A stretch of DNA of 64,000 nt, taken from Gemmatimonadota bacterium (GTDB lineage: Bacteria > Gemmatimonadota > Gemmatimonadetes > Gemmatimonadales > Gemmatimonadaceae). Every line of letters begins with the position of its first letter. Positions within the stretch are counted from its first letter, which is position 1. A program made the position numbers and the translations under genes. Under the pieces are notes generated by a model. It searched no databases. It was not told the origin of the DNA and saw nothing but the letters and a program-made list of their open reading frames with translations. Below are positions 58,628 to 64,000 of the stretch, piece after piece. The stretch lies in the NCBI GenBank assembly GCA_040389905.1, contig JAZJZK010000004.1, positions 1 through 64,000 on the forward strand, given 5' to 3'.

Positions 58628-59773
58628 CTAGAAGCGGTACGACGCGCCGGAGCCCGTGTTGAAGAGCACGACTTCCGCGTCTGCGGGAATTCGCTGCTCG
58701 CGCACCAGCCGTTCGAGAACACCAAGGGCACAGCCGCCTTCCGGCGCCGTGTCGATCCCTGAGGCGCGACTCAGGCGAAGAGTCTGGGCGCGTATGGTGT
58801 CTTCGTCCACCGACGCAGCATCGCCATCACTCTCGTAGAGCGCGCGCAAGATGAGCCGGTCGCCAAGAGGCCCCGGGACCCGCAGGCCGCTCGCGTGCGT
58901 TTCCGGGTTTTCCCAGGGCACCGCACGATCGGATTTGGCGTGGAAGGCGCGCACCATCGGTGCGCAGCCGTCCGCCTGCGCGACAACCATCCGCGGCATC
59001 GCCACATCGCTCGGGAGCCAGCCGCCATCGCGCATCTCGGCGAACACCTTCCACATGCCGATCAAGCCGGTGCCGCCACCCGTCGGATAGATGATGTGCG
59101 TTGGTAGCCGCCAGCCTAGCTGCTCCGCGAGTTCGATTCCCATTGTCTTCTTGCCTTCGATGCGGTAGGGCTCGCGCAGTGTCGATGTGTCGAAGAACCC
59201 GTGCTCCGCCGCGAACGCGCGCGAGAGTTTGCCGGCATCGCCGATGTGTCCGTCGACGAGCTGAAGATCGGCACCGAGCGCGCGGATGGTCGCAAGAATC
59301 GGTGATGGCGTGCTCGCGGGTGCGTAGACGCGCACCGGCAAACGCGCGGCGGCGGCGTAGGCCGCGAGTGCGGCGCCGGCGTTGCCTGCCGTCGGTACGA
59401 CGAAGCCCGGGACACCAAGCGCCGCAGCCCGCGTGACCGCCGCACTCATTCCACGCGCCTTGAACGACGCCGTCGGATTGAGTCCTTCGTCCTTCACCCA
59501 CAGGCGCGCGATACCGAGTTCCTTTGCCACGTGCGGCAACTCGTGCATCGGTGTTCCCCCCTCGCCGAGAGAGATCGGGGTTTCGCCGTCGGCCAGCGGT
59601 AACACAGACGCATAGCGCCACATGTCCCACCGCGGGAGAATCGCGCCGCGTTCGGGCCAGGCTGAGTCGTAGCCGACGAGAAGCGGCTGTCCGCACGCCG
59701 GACATACCGAGGCGATCGTATCTCCGGCCTGGGTATGATCGCACGCAGAACAGTCGAGGTGCCAGAGGCTCAC
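58628..59773 (-). CDS. thrC: threonine synthase (PLP fold II)
   Basis: N-terminal CxxC..CPAC, LGEGGTP, NPTASFKARG, GNAG, EGKKT, PTGGG. Confidence 0.8.
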   Translation of the reverse strand: MSLWHLDCSACDHTQAGDTIASVCPACGQPLLVGYDSAWPERGAILPRWDMWRYASVLPLADGETPISLGEGGTPMHELPHVAKELGIARLWVKDEGLNPTASFKARGMSAAVTRAAALGVPGFVVPTAGNAGAALAAYAAAARLPVRVYAPASTPSPILATIRALGADLQLVDGHIGDAGKLSRAFAAEHGFFDTSTLREPYRIEGKKTMGIELAEQLGWRLPTHIIYPTGGGTGLIGMWKVFAEMRDGGWLPSDVAMPRMVVAQADGCAPMVRAFHAKSDRAVPWENPETHASGLRVPGPLGDRLILRALYESDGDAASVDEDTIRAQTLRLSRASGIDTAPEGGCALGVLERLVREQRIPADAEVVLFNTGSGASYRF

Positions 59774-61680
59774 GGGGATGCGGTGTCGTGGGTGACGGGA
59801 AGGTTGGACTCTGGCAAGCTCGATGGCTCGCTAAGCACGGGAGGAACCGGCGCACCGGGAGCAAGTGCATCGCTGGCGCGCAGTGCATCGAGAATACGCT
59901 GCGCGCTCTTCACCGAGAAGCCCGGAACCTCCGCAATCTGTTCGGGCGAGGCCTCGCGGATGGCCTGGACACTGCCGAACGCAGTCAACAACGCGCGGCG
60001 CTTGTTGTCTCCCACGCCGGGAATCTTGAGGAGTTCCGACGTGATCGTGCGAACGGAGCGACGCTTTCGCTGGAACGTGATCGCGAAGCGATGGGCCTCA
60101 TCGCGGGCCTGCTGAAGCATCCGCAACGCGGGCGAGCGCCGAGGCAGCCGCAAGGATTCACTCCGTCCGAGCAGAAAGATTTCTTCTTCCCGCTTGGCGA
60201 GGCTTGCGAGTGGCATGGCGGCGAGGCCGAGCGGCTCGAGCGCTGCCGCCGCGGCGCTGAGTTGGCCCTTTCCTCCATCGATGAGGACAAGGTCGGGAAG
60301 CGGCCGGTCCTCTTCCAGTCGACGCGTGAAATAGCGGGCTACCACCTCGCGCATCGATGCAAAATCATCGATGCCGTCCACCGTTTTTACCTTGAATTTC
60401 CGATACTCGGCACGATACGGCCGGCCGTTCTGAAACCAGACGCACGACGCAACGGTATCCGTGCCCTGTGCATGCGAAATGTCGAAGCACACGAATGAGC
60501 GTGGCACCTTCTGAAGGCCAAGCTGGCGCTGCAGCTCGTAGACAGGATCTCCCGCGCGTTCCTCGGTCGGTTCGTCGCCGGTGAGGCGCGCCTCCTCGAG
60601 CAGATGTCGTGCGTTCTGTTGTGCGAGGTCGATCAGCTCGCGTCGCGGCCCGCGTTGCGGCACGTGAATCTTCGTGCGCTCCAGCGATTCCTCCACGACG
60701 CCGCGGTCGCACACGTCGAACGGGATGACGAGCTCCGGTGCACGCTCCTCGAGGAGACGATACGGCCCCGCGAGATACGTCTCCAGAATGTCGGCGTCGT
60801 TCTCGCCCTCGAGGTTCGCGACGAACTGGTGGTCCCGCGCCAGCAGCTTGCCACCGCGAATGCGCATGAGCGCAATCACGGCGTCGTCCCCATCGCGGGC
60901 ATAGCCGACGACATCCTGGTCGCCCCCTTCGGTCTTGAGCACGATTGTGGGCTCTTCCATCTGCTCCAGATGCGCCAGGACGTCGCGCAACTGCGCCGCA
61001 CGCTCGAAGTCCAGCGACTCGGCGGCAAGCGCCATGCGCTCCTTCACCATGCGCACGACTTCCTCCGGCTTTCCCGCGAGAAAGTCGACCACTTCGTCGA
61101 TCATCGCGCCGTATTCGCCCTGCGTCTGCGCGAGAATGCACGGCGCCTTGCAGCGGCCGATGTGATAGTCCAGACATGGGCGCTCGGGCATCTGCGCCGG
61201 CATGTCGTAGTTGCATGAGCGCACCGTGAAGAGCCGTTTCACGACTTCGAGCGAGCGCCGCATGATGCCGACGTCTGTATAAGGCCCGAAGTATCGTGCG
61301 CCGTCGTTGACCAGGCGCCGCGTCACCCAGACGCGCGGAAACGGTTCCTGCACGGTGACCTTGATGTACGGATACGACTTGTCATCTCGCAGCGCGATGT
61401 TGAAGCGCGGCTTGTACTCCTTGATGAGGTTCGCTTCCAGAATGAGCGCATGCGCTTCGCTCGGCACCACGATCGTGTCGAGCGCGCGGACCTGTTGCAT
61501 CAGGTGCCACGTCTTCACGCTGTCGCGCTGGTCGGTCGCGACGTAGTTGCGGACGCGTGACCGCAGCCGCTTCGCCTTGCCGACGTAGAGCACCTTGCCG
61601 TCCGCGTCCTTCCAGAGATAGACGCCTGGCGACTCGGGAAGATGGGGAATCCTATCGAGGATCGCAGCCGGGACAGTCAT
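59770..61680 (-). CDS. uvrC: excinuclease ABC subunit C
   Basis: PGVY..YVGKA..LR.R (GIY-YIG), DDKSYPY, FDISH, IDGGKGQL, RDEAHRFAI, HhH. Confidence 0.97.
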   Translation of the reverse strand: MTVPAAILDRIPHLPESPGVYLWKDADGKVLYVGKAKRLRSRVRNYVATDQRDSVKTWHLMQQVRALDTIVVPSEAHALILEANLIKEYKPRFNIALRDDKSYPYIKVTVQEPFPRVWVTRRLVNDGARYFGPYTDVGIMRRSLEVVKRLFTVRSCNYDMPAQMPERPCLDYHIGRCKAPCILAQTQGEYGAMIDEVVDFLAGKPEEVVRMVKERMALAAESLDFERAAQLRDVLAHLEQMEEPTIVLKTEGGDQDVVGYARDGDDAVIALMRIRGGKLLARDHQFVANLEGENDADILETYLAGPYRLLEERAPELVIPFDVCDRGVVEESLERTKIHVPQRGPRRELIDLAQQNARHLLEEARLTGDEPTEERAGDPVYELQRQLGLQKVPRSFVCFDISHAQGTDTVASCVWFQNGRPYRAEYRKFKVKTVDGIDDFASMREVVARYFTRRLEEDRPLPDLVLIDGGKGQLSAAAAALEPLGLAAMPLASLAKREEEIFLLGRSESLRLPRRSPALRMLQQARDEAHRFAITFQRKRRSVRTITSELLKIPGVGDNKRRALLTAFGSVQAIREASPEQIAEVPGFSVKSAQRILDALRASDALAPGAPVPPVLSEPSSLPESNLPVTHDTASP

Positions 61681-61738
61681 GACGAAATATAGCTTTGCCG
61701 CGAAACTGCCGATTCCTCGAGTGGCGGTGCCGCCGGCC

Positions 61739-61879
61739 TCAGATGTGACAGGTGCTCAGAAGGCAGCCGCAGCTTACAGAGCGACAGGGGGTGAGGCGAT
61801 CAGGGCGCGATGCACCCTTGCGCCACACCCCCTGAAATCTGTTGGCTGCGGCTGATCACTGAGCACCTGTCACATCTGA
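61739..61879. repeat. 141-bp long hairpin / MITE-like element with perfect 21-bp terminal inverted repeats
   Basis: TCAGATGTGACAGGTGCTCAG ... CTGAGCACCTGTCACATCTGA, with nested pairing (CAGCCGCAGC/GCTGCGGCTG, CAGGGGGTG/CACCCCCTG). Confidence 0.85.
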
Positions 61880-61910
61880 TTACGGTGCATCGATGACATG
61901 CGCGCTACCG

Positions 61911-63509
61911 TTAGCGCCGCCGAAGCCCCGGTATCCGCGCCGCCAGCGTGCGCGCCTCGGGAATGCTGAGCGCAAGCGTCGCCGCCGCGTAGACCGCCCC
62001 GAATACACACAGCGATACCACCCCCCGCAACATGTGACCCGCGTTGTTCAGTGCGGATAGCGCCGCGAATCCCACGCCGCCTGCAAGCAGTGACGCGCCC
62101 CAGAGGCGAATCAACCGCCCTTCGGGCAAGGAGGTCCTGCCGATGCGCTCGGTGATGATCCGTCGAAGCAGATAGAACTCCACCCAGCCGGCAATACCGG
62201 CGGACGCGGTCAGGCCGGCGGCACCTGTCCACGCCGGCAATCCTAATAGCCGCGGCAACGGAAACGCGAACAGGTAGCCCAGGGTTCCCGTGAGCACTAC
62301 GCGGACGATCGCGAAGGCGAGCGGCGTCTTGGTATCGCGCAACGCGTAAAAGGTCGACGAGTAGAGGCGGCCGAGACCGCTCGCGACAAGCCCCACTGCG
62401 GAACCCGCGAGGATGGCCCAACTGCGGACGCTCATCTCCTCGGTGAACCTCCCACCCTCGAGCAACACTCCGGTTATCGCTCGACCAAGTACCAGGAATC
62501 CCACCGCCGACGGCACGATGAAAAAGGCCACGCGGGGAAGCGCGGCATTGAGACGCGCCCGCAGACGACCGAACGCCACCTCGTCTCCGCCGGAGTCGCG
62601 CGCCAACTCCGGCAATTCCGCGGCGGACACCGCCATCGCAAAAAGGCTGATCGGCAACATGTAGATGGTGGACGCATTCTGAAGCAGCGTCACCACGCCG
62701 TTGTCCGCGATGTAGCTCGCGATCCGCATGTCGATCGTGATGCTGATTTGCACGACACCACGCGAGATGAACGCCGGGATGAAATTGCGAACCACCTCCC
62801 GAACCGGGGCGAATGCTGAATCGATCCGCGGTCTGAACTGGCCGACCAGCGAGAACACCGTCGGTAATTGCACGGAAAACTGGAGCGCGGCCCCGATGAC
62901 GGACGCCCAGGAGAGGGCCACCGAAAGATCGACCTCACCGACCCTCCGTCCATAAAAGAGGGCAGCCCCGATCATCGCGAGATTCCAGAAGACTGGCGCG
63001 ACGTACGAGAGAAAGAAGCGCCGATGGCTATTGAGAATCCCCAGACACCACGCGCCCATGACGAACAGCCCGGCGCCCGGGAAGAGAACCCGCGTCAGGC
63101 GGACCGCGAGTTCCCGCTTCTCTCCCAGAAACCCACCGGCGACCAGGGTCACGAACTGCGGTGCAAGCAAAATCCCGACGACCACGAGCAGGGAGACCGC
63201 GAGCGCCAGGATCGCTGCCACCGCACTCGCGATGCGGTCGGCATCCTCTCCCCTTCCCTCCTCGAGCGCCTTCGAGTACACCGGAATGAACGATGCCGAA
63301 AGAACGCCTTCGCCGAAGAGATTCTGGATGAAGTTGGTCAGTCGAAGCGCGCCATTGAACGCATCCGCGACCCACCCCGCGCCGAGATAGTACGCGATCA
63401 GCTTCTGGCGTACCAGGCCAAGCAGCCGCGAGAGGAGAATTCCGATTCCGATGAGTGCGGAATTCTGACCAGAGGTGCGAGCCGCGGGCGCGGGGGCGAC
63501 TTCGCTCAC
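61911..63509 (-). CDS. murJ: lipid II flippase MurJ
   Basis: SRLLGLVRQ, ADAF, FGEGVLSASFIP, FYALRDTKTP, many TMs. Confidence 0.93.
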   Translation of the reverse strand: MSEVAPAPAARTSGQNSALIGIGILLSRLLGLVRQKLIAYYLGAGWVADAFNGALRLTNFIQNLFGEGVLSASFIPVYSKALEEGRGEDADRIASAVAAILALAVSLLVVVGILLAPQFVTLVAGGFLGEKRELAVRLTRVLFPGAGLFVMGAWCLGILNSHRRFFLSYVAPVFWNLAMIGAALFYGRRVGEVDLSVALSWASVIGAALQFSVQLPTVFSLVGQFRPRIDSAFAPVREVVRNFIPAFISRGVVQISITIDMRIASYIADNGVVTLLQNASTIYMLPISLFAMAVSAAELPELARDSGGDEVAFGRLRARLNAALPRVAFFIVPSAVGFLVLGRAITGVLLEGGRFTEEMSVRSWAILAGSAVGLVASGLGRLYSSTFYALRDTKTPLAFAIVRVVLTGTLGYLFAFPLPRLLGLPAWTGAAGLTASAGIAGWVEFYLLRRIITERIGRTSLPEGRLIRLWGASLLAGGVGFAALSALNNAGHMLRGVVSLCVFGAVYAAATLALSIPEARTLAARIPGLRRR

Positions 63510-64000
63510 CCGTGGGCAACCAATGCGCCAGCGTGCGCTCCGGCGGCATCGCGCATTTCGTCGAGCAGGTCGAGGCCGTGACGGGAGAGCATCGGGATCA
63601 AATTGAGGGCGCGCTCCTGCCGCGTCCCCAACGGGTACAGTGCAGCGCGGAGCGTCCCCACATCCTGAAGCAATGACTGTTCCCGTCGCTTGATCCCAGC
63701 GACGAGCCGTCGCTCGAGTCGATCCACGCGGTGTTGGAGGGAGTGTCGTGCGCCTTCAACCGCCTTGTCGAGTCCGAGCGGAGTCGCTTCGCCACTCAAG
63801 TCTGCGGTCAAGCCATTGATTGCCTCCCGAAGGCCACCAATCGCCGCCGCCGAGCGTTCGGACATCGCCTTTCGGGCGACGGCCCCCTCGAGCGCGTCAC
63901 GCTGGGCCAGCGCCTCGTACCCCACACCAAATGCGTCCAGCAATCGCTGGACGTGCGGTTCGATCAGCGTACACGACCAGCGCGGGAGCGCCAACGGACG
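63506..64000 (-). CDS. bshC: bacillithiol biosynthesis protein BshC, C-terminal part (5' end outside the window)
   Basis: PR.S.TLIE motif, coiled coil, LYP.GT.QER..N motif near the C-terminus. Confidence 0.7.
   Translation of the reverse strand, partial: RPLALPRWSCTLIEPHVQRLLDAFGVGYEALAQRDALEGAVARKAMSERSAAAIGGLREAINGLTADLSGEATPLGLDKAVEGARHSLQHRVDRLERRLVAGIKRREQSLLQDVGTLRAALYPLGTRQERALNLIPMLSRHGLDLLDEMRDAAGAHAGALVAHG

Noticed and set aside
61739..61879. 6S or SRP RNA interpretation of the long hairpin
   Set aside because: No large central bubble as in 6S and no SRP domain IV (GGAA tetraloop) motif recognised.

Overview
High-GC bacterial chromosome segment; gene order and protein styles suggest Gemmatimonadota (inference). 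Most of the window is housekeeping: serS-HK-uvrD/pcrA-gatCAB, murA-pgeF, kdsB-pyrG-kdsA-kdsC-kdsD-lptC-lptA-like-lptB-rpoN-glycosyltransferases-dapF on the + strand, and bshC-murJ-uvrC-thrC-larC ... der-plsY-gpsA-merR-surE-pcm-acyP-apt-tRNA-Arg on the - strand. The two transcription directions converge on a well-formed 28-bp dif (XerCD) site at 33136-33163, and the KOPS-like octamers I found point towards it, so this is probably the replication terminus. The main accessory element is a ~14-kb RiPP gene cluster (34063-48171) just downstream of tRNA-Arg(CCT). It has two near-identical NHLP-leader (proteusin-type) precursors with Cys/Thr/Ser-rich, Trp-containing cores, a class II lanthipeptide synthetase (LanM) and a HlyD/C39-ABC/ABC/TolC exporter. 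It also has a stand-alone class II terpene-cyclase-like protein (QW repeats, DLDTT motif) translationally coupled to an uncharacterised protein that may be a prenyltransferase. The predicted product is a lanthipeptide carrying a cyclised terpenoid, possibly on Trp. Other observations: sigma-54-type promoter motifs, several intergenic palindromes, an LptB with long extensions, and a Cys-to-Asp (fosfomycin-insensitive type) MurA. All calls come from reading motifs by eye; no database searches were run.
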